This document shows, in pieces, positions 36,315 through 46,780 of a stretch of 64,000 nucleotides of DNA. Below the pieces are notes generated by a model. That model did no database searches. It had not been told where the DNA came from and saw only the letters and a program-made list of their open reading frames with translations. Position 1 is the first letter of the stretch; each line of letters opens with the position of its first letter. Source of the DNA: Zootoca vivipara (lineage: Eukaryota); NCBI RefSeq assembly GCF_963506605.1, contig NC_083278.1, positions 120,280,001-120,344,000 on the forward strand. The letters run 5' to 3'. A program made the translations under genes and the position numbers.

Positions 36315-36755
36315 GCATTAATACACGATATAAATTACACAGATTCAAGCAGCAACCACAGTTAAAAGGGGCTGGGGAGGAGGCACAGAGAGGACAGAAA
36401 AGCACCAAGAACCGCCCTCAGTCGGAGTTTTTTTTTGGGGGGGGGAGTGTTCTGCTGCCCCACAGATACAATCTTTTCCAGGTGACGTGAAAAGGGCCCA
36501 ATCCTCAGGAGCAGGCAGTGCCCAGCTGCGTTTTGGCCAAGGAGGTCCCAGTGGTCCGCTGCTGGCACAAACTCCACTCCCCCCCCCGAAAGGTCCCTAC
36601 AGCTGCTTCCCCCAGTCTTGGGGGGGTTGTTTGGCGAGTGGAAGAGGCCCCCTCTTCCTCCTCCTGCAGTCTGAGCCTATTCCTATGCAGAGGCACCCAG
36701 AGAGGAGGCTGGGGCCTTGGTGTGGCGGGTGCCCGCGGTCTCCCCCCGCTGACCC

Positions 36756-39700
36756 TCAAGGCAGGCTGCTGTCCAGGCTGGGGCCCCCCTCCTCCTCGGG
36801 CAGGCCCTGGCCGTGCACCTTCTGGTGACGCTTGTAGTTGTCCCAGTGGCCAGTGGTGTAGGGGCAGATGCGGCACTGGAAGGGCTTCTCGCCCGTGTGC
36901 CTCAGCATGTGGCGCTTGAGATTCATACTCTGGTTGCAGGAGTAGGAGCAGAGGCGGCAGCGGAAGGGCTTGTCCCCCGAGTGGATGCGGCCGTGGCGCT
37001 TGAGGTTGGCCAGGTTGCCGCAGGCGTAGGGGCACAGCGGGCACTTGTAGGGCTTCTCTCCCGTGTGCACCCGCTGGTGGCGCTTGAGGTTGTCAAGGTG
37101 GGCCGAGGCGTAGGGACAGAGGGCACAGGCGAAGGGCTTCTCCCCACTGTGCGTCTTCATGTGCCGCGCCAGGTGGTTGGGGTAGGTGGTGACGAAGGGG
37201 CACAGCTGGCACGAGAAGCCCTTGGGTGACGAGGGCTCGGCCCCCAGCACCGCCAGGCTGCAGCGCCCACACACCGGCTCGCCCAGGCCCTCGTCCGCCT
37301 CCAGGACTAGTCCGCACGCCCGGCACGTGAAGGGGAAGAGCAGCTCCGGGAGGACGGCCGTAGAGTCCTCGGACCTCAGGAACGGGGAGCCTGGGGCCAA
37401 GAGCGGAGGCTCTGCGGAGGAGAAAGAGCAGTGAGTGGGGCAAAGGGGGCTGGGCGAGGGAACCCCTGCAGCCCAAAACGTGAACCACGTTCTGCGCTCC
37501 CGCACGCAGCGTCCACCTAGAGCCCCCCTTTCCTCTTATCTGCTCCAGTTGGTTCCCACACGGCTGGACTCTGCCGACCCCGTAGAGGTTAGGCTGAAGA
37601 TCCCTTCCAATAAGGAGGCCACAATCTTGGGAAGCAGAAAAAGGAATTTGTTGGTTCCCCACTACTTGCTAGGAATGGCTTTAAATCAGTCATAGAATCC
37701 TAGAGTTGGAAGAGACCACAAGGGCCATCCAGTCCAACCCCCTGCCAAGCAGGAAACACCATCAAAACATTCCTGACAGATGGCTGTCAAGCCTCTGCTT
37801 AAAGACCTCCAAAGGAGGAGACTCCACCACACTCCTTGGCAGCAAATTCCACTGTCGAACAGCTCTTGCTGTCAGGAAGTTCTTCCTAATGTTTAGGTGG
37901 AATCTTCTTTCTTGTAGTTTGAATCCATTGCTCCGTGTCCGCTTCTCTGGAGCAGCAGAAAACAACCTTTCTCCCTCCTCTATGTGACATCCTTTTATAT
38001 ATTTGAACATGGCTATCATATCACCCCTTCACCTTCTCTTCTCCAGGCTAACCATGCCCAGCTCCCTAAGCCGTTCCTCATAAGGCATCGTTTCCAGGCC
38101 TTTGACCATTTTGGTTGCCCTCTTCTGGACACGTTCCAGCTTGTCAGTATCCTTCTTGAACTGTGGTGCCCAGAAGTAGACACAGTACTCCAGGTGAGGT
38201 CTGACCAGAGCAGAATACAGTGGTACTATTACTTCCCTTGATCTAGATGCTATACTCCTATTGATGCAGCCCAGAATTGCATTGGCTTTTTTAGCTGCTG
38301 CATCACACTGTTGACTCATGTCAAGTTTGTGGTCTACCAAGACTCCTAGATCCTTTTCACATGTACTGCTCTCAAGCCAGGTGTCTCCCATCCTGTATTT
38401 GTGCCTTTCATTTTTTTCTTTTTTGCCCAAGTGTAGTACTTTACATTTCTCCCTGTTAAAATTCATCTTGTTTGCAAGGGACTTCCCGGGGTCTCCTGGT
38501 CCAATCCCTTATGTAGGAATTGCTGCTGCTAAGGAATCGCTGATAGATGGCCAAGCAACCTCTTCCTAATGTGGAGTTGGAATCTCCTCCCTCGTCATTT
38601 GAAGCCAAGGCTTCAGATCCTGCCCCCTGGAGCAGCAGAAAATAAGCTGGCTCCATCTTCCAGGGGACAGCATTTCCAGACTTCTCATGGCCAACTGTCA
38701 GGAACGCTTTAGTTGAGATTCCTGGACTAGATGACCCTTCCAACTCTACATTGCTAGGATTCATAGAAACATAAGGAAAGCCTGCTGGATCAGGCCAACG
38801 GGCTCCTGTACTCGCAGTGGCCAAGAGCCTTCAAACTCTTGCTCTCTTCTCCAGGCTACACGGACCCAACTCCCACAAACATTCCTTATAAGGATGGATT
38901 TCCAGACTCCTTCCAGCTTGTCAATATCGTTTCATTCCAAAGCTAAACAGCTCTTACTGTCCGAAAGTTATTCCCAATGTTCAGCCCAATGATTCAAAGG
39001 ACAAGGAAGGAGATACCCACTAAAGTTTAAGAAGAGCTTCCCGACAGCTGTCTACCAGCTCCATCTGGTACGCAGACTGAGACCCTACCTGCCCACACAC
39101 TGTCTTGCCAGAGTGCTGCATGCTCTGCTATCTTCTACTTGGACTACTGCAATGCCCTCTACGTGGGGCTACCTTTGATTCGGAAACTACAACTAATCCA
39201 GAATGCAGCAGCAAGACTGGTGACTGGGAGCGGCCGCCAGGACCATATAACACCAGTCCTAAAGTATCTTACATTGGCTCCTGGTATGTTTCCAAGCACA
39301 ATTCAAAGTGTTGGTGCTTGACCTAAGTGGCCTCGGCCCTGTATACCTGAAGGAGCGTCTCCACCCCCAGACACTGAGGTCTTTGCCGAGGGCCTCCTGG
39401 CAGTTCCCTCCCTGCGAGAAGTGAGGTTGCAGGGAACCAGACAAAGGGCCTTCTTGGTAGTGTCACCCGCCCTGTGGAATGCCCTCCCATCAGATGTCAA
39501 GGAAATAAACAACTATCTGACTTTTAGAAGACATCTGAGGGCAGCCCTGTTTAGGGAAGTTTTTTATGTTTTATCGTGTTTTCAATATTTTGTTGGGAGC
39601 AGCCCAGAGTGGCTGGGGAAACCCAAGCAGACGGGTGGGGTATAAACAATAAAATCATTATTATTATTTATTATTATTATTATTGTTGACAGTAAGAGCT

Positions 39701-41256
39701 GTGGAACCAGCTCATTAATAAGGGTGAGGACTGGAGGGTGCTCACTGGAGGTTGCTAAGCAGCTGTTGGGTGGCTATCTGTCCGGAAGTCTTTCTGCATT
39801 GCAAGGGGTTGGACCCCCACCCCCGCCCTGCCCCACATACCTGTCTCCTGCTCTGCAGTCGCTGGGCCCTCCATCTCCGCCTCCGACTCCCCCTGCGCCC
39901 CGGGGCTGTGGCGCTGCAGGGGGTTGCCCCGGGCACATCGGCAGGTGCAGGAGCCGCAGCGCAGCGGGCGCTCCTGGCCATGGACCCGCTGGTGCCTCTT
40001 GAGGTTGCCGAGGCTGCTGCAGGCAAAGGGGCAGGTGGGGCATCGGTAGGGCTTCTCTCCCGTGTGGGTGCGCAGGTGGCGTGTCAGGTTGACCAGCTGG
40101 GCTGAGGCGTAGGGGCAGTGCGGGCAGCGGTAGGGCTTCTCCCCATTGTGGGTCTTCATGTGGCGCTTGAGGTGGCTGGAGTAGTGCGAGGCAAAGGGGC
40201 ACAGCTGGCAGGAGAAGACCACCCGCCCCTTGGCGGAACCTTCTTCCTCCTCCTCCTCCTCCTCCTCCAGCTCTTCCTCCTCGGGCAGGCAGCAGGCGGC
40301 AGAGGCGGGCGCAGGCAGGCCGCAGTGCTGGCAAGCCCGGCCGGGCCCCTCGCCATTGTCCTGGGCCTGGCACAGTGGCGGGAACTCCTCATCACTCAGC
40401 ACGTAGGACGAGAGTCCGGGCGTCCCCCCGAGGGAGTCTGTGGCACACAAGGAGGGGGCATCAGGGGGGCAGCGGGGGGCATCCTCACCTCCGCCAGTCC
40501 CTTTCCTGCTGGCACAACAGGGGGTTACCACAGTGGGGGGGGGAGCGATCCCTAACCCTTTTCTGGCAGCCCTGGGGGAGCCCTTCCTCTGCCTGCAGCC
40601 CCCCTGCCCATCCGCCCCTCCCCCCATAGCTGTCAAGTTCTCCCTTTTTTTTTAAGGGAAATTCCCTTCTGCTGAATAGGCTTCCTCGCGAAAAAAGGGA
40701 AAACTTGACAGGTCTGATTCCGCGCTGCGCTCCGACCCTCCCGGCTGCCTCTGCCCGCCGCCCGCTTCCCGCCGCACCTTCCGAGTCCTTCTCGAAGGCC
40801 AGGCTGGCGGCGGCGCCGCTCTCCTCCTCGTCGTCCTCGTCCTCCAGCTCCAGCTCGTGTTCCGAGAGGAAGGCGCCCGGCGGAGCCAGGCCCTCCTCGC
40901 CCGGAGGATCGACCGCCGTGCCCGCCGCGTCCACTGCAAGAGACCGAGACGGGGAGGGGCGGACGGGGCGATCCGGTCAGAGACGGGCGCGGCGGTCCCG
41001 GGCAGCCCCGCCCCCGCCCCAACCCGGAAAAGGACCCCCACACGCCCCCCGCCACCCACACGCCCCCCGCCACCCACACGCCCCCCCCCCGCCGCCCGGT
41101 CCAAGCGGCGAGTCCGTATCGGCGGAAGAGGCTCCCTTTACCCGCCCCGGAGGGACCCGGACGGGGCCCCCGCCTCCCCACGCGGCCCGCCGCCCCCGAT
41201 CCCGGCCCGCGCTGACCTTTGACGGGCTGCGGGTGGCGCTGCTTCCGGCGGGGCAT
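36756..41256 (-). CDS. ZNF513: C2H2 zinc finger protein 513, about 482 aa, 3+5 fingers
   Basis: Exons 41217-41256, 40778-40933, 39841-40437, 36756-37411 (1449 nt). Begins [13 protein letters not shown]; fingers include [16 protein letters not shown] and [16 protein letters not shown]; syntenic with SNX17. Confidence 0.95.
37690..38470 (-). mobile_element. Young CR1 LINE 3' fragment (~780 bp)
   Basis: ORF2 C-terminus ([32 protein letters not shown]...); 5' truncated. Confidence 0.92.
39040..39685 (+). mobile_element. L2-type LINE 3' fragment
   Basis: [34 protein letters not shown] and a (tta)n tail; related short tails near 9165-9265, 24405-24563 and 25665-25775. Confidence 0.8.
40625..40716. 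mobile_element. Mini-MITE hairpin in ZNF513 intron 2
   Basis: ctgtcaagttctcccttttt ... aaaaagggaaaacttgacag; ends resemble the TIRs of the 21018 element; no clear TSD. Confidence 0.6.
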
Positions 41257-41760
41257 CTTGCCCGGCCGAGGCGGCGGCGGCGGGGCTCGCGGGGCGGCGA
41301 CGGGCGGCTCCAGCCCTGGGCGCCTCCCGCTCGCCGGGCCTCTCGGCGCCGCTGCTACGGGGCCGCCCCGCCTCTTCCTCCGCGACGCCCCGCCTCTCTC
41401 CCCCGCCGCTCCCGCTCCCGCCCCGCCTCCTCCCGCCCATCCGCGGGGCGGGCGGCCAGACACGCGCGCGCTTCCGGTTCCGCTCACGTCGCGCGGCATG
41501 ACGGGAAGCGGAGCCCCTGCCCTCGCGAGAGCCAGGCCGGAAGCGGCGAGAGCGCAGACTCCGCGCCGAGGGGAGAGGAGTCCTGGGGCGTCGGCTTCCG
41601 GCCTCCGGCCCCCGGGGCGAGGCGCGGGCCGGACTTGACAGCCGCTCTTGCTGCTCGCCCGCCTCTTGCCGCGGCGCAGGCCGGGCGGAGAAGGAGGTCG
41701 GGAGATGCGGGGCTGCCCGACGGGGAAGGCGGAAGATGCTCCGCCATGAAACCTCGGAGA
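41257..41760 (-). promoter_or_regulatory. ZNF513 CpG-island promoter and 5' UTR
   Basis: CpG-dense; ETS sites (cttccgg 41471, ccggaag 41537) and ctcgcgaga at 41522. Confidence 0.75.
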
Positions 41761-41939
41761 GAGAGAGAGAGAGAGAACCACGTGGAGGGAAGGCGGAAGA
41801 GAAAGGGGATCCATAGGGGATCAGCAATGGGGCACTTTCCATTTGCCCAAGGGGAGCGACTGCCTGGCGCCTGGTCCTCACCAACAGGGGGAAGTTCTGG
41901 GCACCTTGGGAGGAAGTCTTGGGGTACACAAGAGCCCTT

Positions 41940-42502
41940 GTAGAGTCGTAGAATCCTAGAGTTGGAAGAGACCACAAGGGCCATCCAGTCCAACCCCCTG
42001 CCGAGCAGGAAACACCATCAAAGCATTCCTGACATATGCCTGTCAAGCCTCTGCTTAAAGACCTCCCAAGAAGGAGACTCCACCACACTCCTTGGGAGCA
42101 AATTCCACTGTCGAACAGCTCTTACTGTCAGGAAGTTCTTCCTAATGTTGAGGTGGAATCTTCTTTCTTGTAGTTTGAATCCATTGCTCCGTGTCCGCTT
42201 CTCTGGATCAGCAGAAAACAGCCTTTCACCCTCCTCTATATCAGTGTTTCCCAACCTTGTGCCTCCAGCTGTTTTCGGACTACAATTCCCATCATTCCTG
42301 ACCACTGGTCTTGCTAGCTAGGGATGATGGGAGTTGTAGTCCCAAAATATCTGGAGGCACTAGGTTGGGAAACACTGCTCTATATGACATCCTTTTACAT
42401 ATTTGAACATGGCTATCATATCACCCCTTAATCTTATCTTCTCCAGGCTAAACATACCCAGCTCCCTAAGCCGTTCCTCATAAGGCATCGTTTCCAGGCC
42501 TT
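41940..42502 (-). mobile_element. Young CR1 3' fragment interrupted by a hAT MITE (42242-42377)
   Basis: CR1 sequence resumes after the MITE; TIRs cagtgtttcccaacct / aggttgggaaacactg; perfect TSD ctctatat. Confidence 0.9.
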
Positions 42503-42700
42503 TGTAGGTTCTCCATCGGTACGCGAAAATAACAGAGGCCAACCAGAGAATTTTGAGAAGCAAAACAGCTAGTAAGCCTGATCTTTATTGAACTGTTGCA
42601 ACAGGGTGCTCCCCTCACAAGAAGGAGGAAGACCCAGAACAAAGGTGTGCCTGCCCTTATATAGACATTTTGAAATTCCCTCCCCCCCCCAAGCAAATCT
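42503..42700 (-). mobile_element. Probable partial retroviral LTR
   Basis: On the minus strand: TATATAA (42657-42663), AATAAA (42584-42589) and a terminal CA at 42503, giving U3-R-U5-like spacing. Confidence 0.45.
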
Positions 42701-42876
42701 ATGGCTGTTTTATTATGATGGGATGATGGGAATTGTAGTCCCAAACATCTGGAGGGCTGGCGTTTGCCTATGCCTGTTTTTTAGCTTGTAACTCTACAAG
42801 GAAGGACCACCTGGGGTTTAATTCACTATAGGTCAGCTGCTCTGCTAGCCTTTTGGGGCTGACTCCAAGTGCTGAC

Positions 42877-43240
42877 AGGACCCAGATGGCGCTGTGGGTT
42901 AAACCACAGAATCTAGGGCTTGCTGATCAGAAGGTTGGCGGTTCGAATCCCTGCAACGGGGTGAGCTCCCGTTGCTCGGTCCCAGCTCCTGCCAACCTAG
43001 CAGTTTGAAAGCATGTCAAAGTGCAAGTAGATAAATAGGTACTGCTCCAGCGGGAAAGTAAACGGCGTTTCCGTGCGCTGCTCTGGTTCACCAGAAGCAG
43101 CTTTCTCATGCTGGCCACATGACCCGGAAGCTGTCTGCAGACAAACGCCGGCTCCCTCGGCCTATAGAGCGAGATGAGCGCCGCAACCCCAGAGTCGGAC
43201 ACGACTGGACCTAATGGTCAGGGGGCCCTTCACCTTTTTA
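42877..43240 (+). mobile_element. Sauria SINE
   Basis: Highly similar to the 27545 copy over its full length. Confidence 0.9.
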
Positions 43241-43299
43241 CCAAGTGCTGGCAGGGCATTTAAAGTTCAAATCCAGGCGGGGCAACCCCAGCTTCCCCG

Positions 43300-43560
43300 A
43301 AGAACCCGCCCCAGTTGGACGGCAGATCCAAGAGACGACCCTTTTCTTTGGCTCTCGCGAGAGCCTCTGCCAAGGAGAGTCCGAAGCGGAGGAGCCGCGC
43401 TCCGAGCCAGAGAGCCCCGTCTATGCTCTTATCACTCTACCCTCTTCTATCTCCTCCACCCGCGCATGCGCAGGAATCCGGAAGCAAGGGAGGCGGAGCT
43501 AAAGCAGCCATGGATCAGCTCCTCGGTGACGTCGTCATGTGGGGCAGGGAGTGGTGTGGG
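43300..43560. promoter_or_regulatory. Orphan housekeeping-type promoter motif cluster
   Basis: TCTCGCGAGA 43353-43362, NRF1 GCGCATGCGC 43462-43471, ETS CCGGAAG 43478-43484, GC box ~43488-43498, TGACGTC 43527-43533. Confidence 0.6.
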
Positions 43561-43900
43561 ACCCGCGTTGAGGGTGGGGGGGGAAGAAGGCAGGGCTCCT
43601 GCTGTCCCCTTAAATGGGGGGATGGGTCTGCAGGGGGGCTTTGCATGCCCCCTGCCTCCTCCTGCACAGCTCCGCCCCCTTTTGGCCCCTTTGATGCTGA
43701 GAGCACAGAGGTAAAGCATGGAGTCGCCAATCTCATTCTTCGTGGAAGGACCTTCCAGGTCTTCTCTCCCAGGGCAGAAGGGAGAATTCCCCATAAAGAG
43801 AAATGGAGACATCTGCGGTTTCAGCGGAGCTGAGAGAGTCTCCATCCTGAAACAATGAGAGCCGTGAAGACATGGCAATCTGCTCTTTCTAACCCAGACC

Positions 43901-44267
43901 TAGAATCATAGAATCGTAGAGTTGGAAGAGACCACAAGGGCCATCCAGGCCAACCCCCTGCCAAGCAGGAAACACCATCAAAGCATTATTGACATATGCC
44001 TGTCAAGCCTCTGCTTAAAGACCTCCAAAGAAGGAGACTCCACCACACTCCTTGGCAGCAAATTCCATTGCCGAACAGCTCTTACTGTCAGGAAGTTCTT
44101 CCTAATGTTGAGGTGGAATCTTCTTTCTTGTAGTTGGAATCCATTGCTCCGTGTCCGCTTCTCTGGAGCAGCAGAAAACAACCTTTCTCCCTCCTCTATA
44201 TGATATCCTTTTATATATTTGAACATGGCTATCATATCACCCCTTAACCTTCTCTTCTCCAGGCTAA
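43901..44267 (-). mobile_element. Young CR1 3' fragment
   Basis: Near-identical to the 37690 and 56454 copies. Confidence 0.9.
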
Positions 44268-44271
44268 GGAG

Positions 44272-44564
44272 TGCCAGGGCTCTGGCAGCACTGGAGAGCC
44301 CCTGCTCCATAGGCAGGAAGAGAGAGAGGCGGAAAGAGTGGACAGGAATAGGGCAGACAGAGAAGGAAAGGGAGGCACTTCTCAGTTCCAAGGCTTTTAT
44401 GCTGGTCGAAAACGTGGAAGGATTTAGTGCAGGAATCTGACTCGAGCGGGTAGACATGAGATGAGCAATCCGTTACACTGTAAATAATGTGCACCAATAA
44501 AAACGTCTGAAAGACAAGCATGTGGACGGTCGTTACTCAAGAGTAGTCACAACAAACCCTGACA
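44272..44564 (+). mobile_element. Probable solo LTR (Gypsy-like)
   Basis: Termini TGCCAGGG...CCCTGACA (imperfect inverted, TG..CA) and an internal AATAAA near 44496; TSD not clean. Confidence 0.5.
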
Positions 44565-45829
44565 GTGAGGGTGCGGGAGAATCACGGGCAATGCTCTGGC
44601 CCTGCAGAACTGGCCATCTTACGCTGGTGTAACATCAGCAGAGAAAAAAATATACAATTTGCACTTCAAGCCAAAACATATTTATTCAGAAGTAAGCCCA
44701 TTCAGATCAGTGGGACTTGCTCCCTAGTAAGTGGGCATAAGATTGCAGCCTTTAGATGGGATCCTGCACGCTCCCAGCACAACAGTGGAAGGGAACAATC
44801 CGCCTGCAGTTTGAAACCCCTTTGGAGCTCCCACACCTAGGCCAATGAGAAAGCACCGTGCTTTTGACTGGGGGACACAAAGAGAAGGCGCGGCAGATAG
44901 TGAAGCTGAGTCCCCAGAGAAGCCGCCTCCAGACGGACCCCAGGAGCATCCCTTGGCCAGACCCAGCAAGGGATGGAGAAGAACAGCAACAAGCCAAAAA
45001 GGAAACTGCACACCTCAGGAGCCTCAGCCAGGCATCTTCTGCCCAAAATATACCCCATAGTTTTAAGAAGCATTGTCATAACAATTGTGGGCTCCCTTCC
45101 TCAAACCCTCCAAGCTTCCAGGGTACTTATGGGACTCCCCGGATTTCCTTGATGGTGCTACATTTAGCCCCCAAACACTTCTGCTTTATATTAAGCAGCC
45201 CACAAATAAAAACAGCTTTGGAGGAAAACAAGCATTGTCAGGTGTGTCGGAGGATCTGCAGCCAAATCACAGAGTGCATGATAGCTAGATAGTCACATAT
45301 CCTCTAAACTTTTGTGGCAGTAAGGGAAACAATATAAAAATAATCTCTCCTTCTTCCTGTCACTACACACCCTTTTCCCTATCTGTGCTCTTCTTCAGAA
45401 AGCAATCTCCAGTTTCAACTGGACAATGGGTATTTGTTTAAGGATTCCTGCCTGCCTGAATCCCATCACTTTATATGTTGAATCCTGGCAAGACTTTGAT
45501 GTGAGTAAGACAGTGATCCCTCACTGCTGTCCAAGGGTGAAGGAAGGGCTGTTTGTCCTGTCCTCTACTGAAGTCAAGTGGCTGGAGGGTGGAGCATGGT
45601 ACCGTAGGCAGGGAGAAGCAGCAGAGGAACAGCAGCAGCTGCACCCAAGGGAACCTTTGGGGATGAAAGGGGTCCCCAGAAGAATGGGGTCTTCACACAC
45701 TCCCCTCTTGGAGGCTGCTTTGCTTCAGAGGTGATGCCCCATCACACACTGATTATTGCATCCCGGGTCTCGCCATTGATTCCTAAGGGAATTTCGTACA
45801 ACAACCTTGGGGGAGAGAGAGGAAGTGCA

Positions 45830-46234
45830 GAGGGCCTGCTCTTGTAGCATACGGTAGATATCACCATCATGTAACGGAGGAGGTGGAAAGTCAGGTCGAT
45901 GGAGAGCGGCGGGTCGCGGTGCTTCGGGCGCTCGGCCAGGCGGCGGCGCAGCAGCTCCACGTCGTGGCCCGAGCGCGGCAGCGAGCGCACCAGCAGGGCA
46001 GGGCCACCCCGTCGGGCCCCGGAGCCGGCAGCGGGGGTGGGAGGGGCCAGGCGGCGGCAGCGGCGGCACGGTCCTCCCCTAGGAGCAGCAGCCGCAGCCG
46101 CAGGCTCAAGTCGCTCTCGGCGCTGCCGTCGAGGACCGGCGCTGGCCTGACTCCGAGAGCCGCATGTGACACCAGCAGGAGCGAGGCCACGAGGATGGGC
46201 AGCTGCGCCCGCCTCGTGCTGGGGTGGTCCAGGC
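45830..46234 (-). pseudogene. UCN: Urocortin 1 pseudogene, coding exon
   Basis: Mature-peptide signature DPPLSIDLTFHLLR (45874-45915); signal peptide RRAQLPILVASLLLVSHAALG. Lesions: ACG at the start position (46215-46217), frameshift near 46000, KHR at the processing site, second frameshift before QEQA, and no amidated C-terminus. Confidence 0.85.
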
Positions 46235-46599
46235 CTAGAAGGGGAGAGGAACAGAACATCATGAGAACCCTGGAGTCGCCGGATCAGGCCGAAGGGGGCC
46301 CGTCGGGGCCCGCAGCCGTTTCTCGCAGCGAGCAGCCGGAGAGCGCGAGGCAGAGGCTGAAGCAGCCACGACGCCCACCTGTAGAGCAGCTCATCACCCC
46401 CCCCCACTGCCCCGTCCCTCCTTCAGCTCTTCGCCCCTCATGTTCCCCGGGCAAACTCTAGGGCAGAGAGGACTGCGCCCTCACCCAAGTCCCTCACCAG
46501 CCATCTCTCAGCCGCTCCTGGTGTCCGATGCCAACAGGGGGCGACACGGGGCAGGCGGGCCCCGGACCAGGCTCCCTCCTCAGGAAATATCTATCTTCC

Positions 46600-46682
46600 T
46601 CTCTTCTTCTTCCTCCTCCTCATCTTCTTCCTCTTCTTCTTCTTCCTCTTCTTCTTCTCTCTCTCACCTTCCTCTCTCTCTC
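46600..46682. repeat. (TCT/CCT)n polypyrimidine low-complexity tract
   Basis: Directly visible, at the start of the UCN intron. Confidence 0.85.
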
Positions 46683-46684
46683 AC

Positions 46685-46780
46685 CACGGTGTCCTTGCCA
46701 AGCCGGGAAGAAGAAGGGTGCGCGGAGCAGCGGGAGGAATCTTTATATAGAGCAGGCCGGGAGATCCATTGACGTCAGCT
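46685..46780 (-). promoter_or_regulatory. UCN promoter and short non-coding exon 1
   Basis: TATATAAAG on the minus strand (46741-46749); perfect CRE TGACGTCA (46770-46777); donor GTG|GTGAGA at 46685/46684. Confidence 0.75.

Noticed and set aside
41035-41092. 18-bp tandem repeat (cccacacgccccccgcca, about 3 copies) as an array
   Set aside because: Simple intronic minisatellite with no spacers; nothing CRISPR-like in this eukaryotic window.
40633-42088. 393, 412 and 316 aa ORFs at the ZNF513 5' end
   Set aside because: GC-island artefacts; only the short spliced exons match ZNF513.
44837-45292. ORFs on both strands as an MPV17/TRIM54 remnant or as downstream exons of the orphan promoter
   Set aside because: No recognisable motif and no convincing splice boundaries by eye.
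45742-46407. 221-aa ORF as an intact urocortin precursor
   Set aside because: Starts in the intron, has no signal peptide in this frame and lacks the conserved amidated C-terminus.
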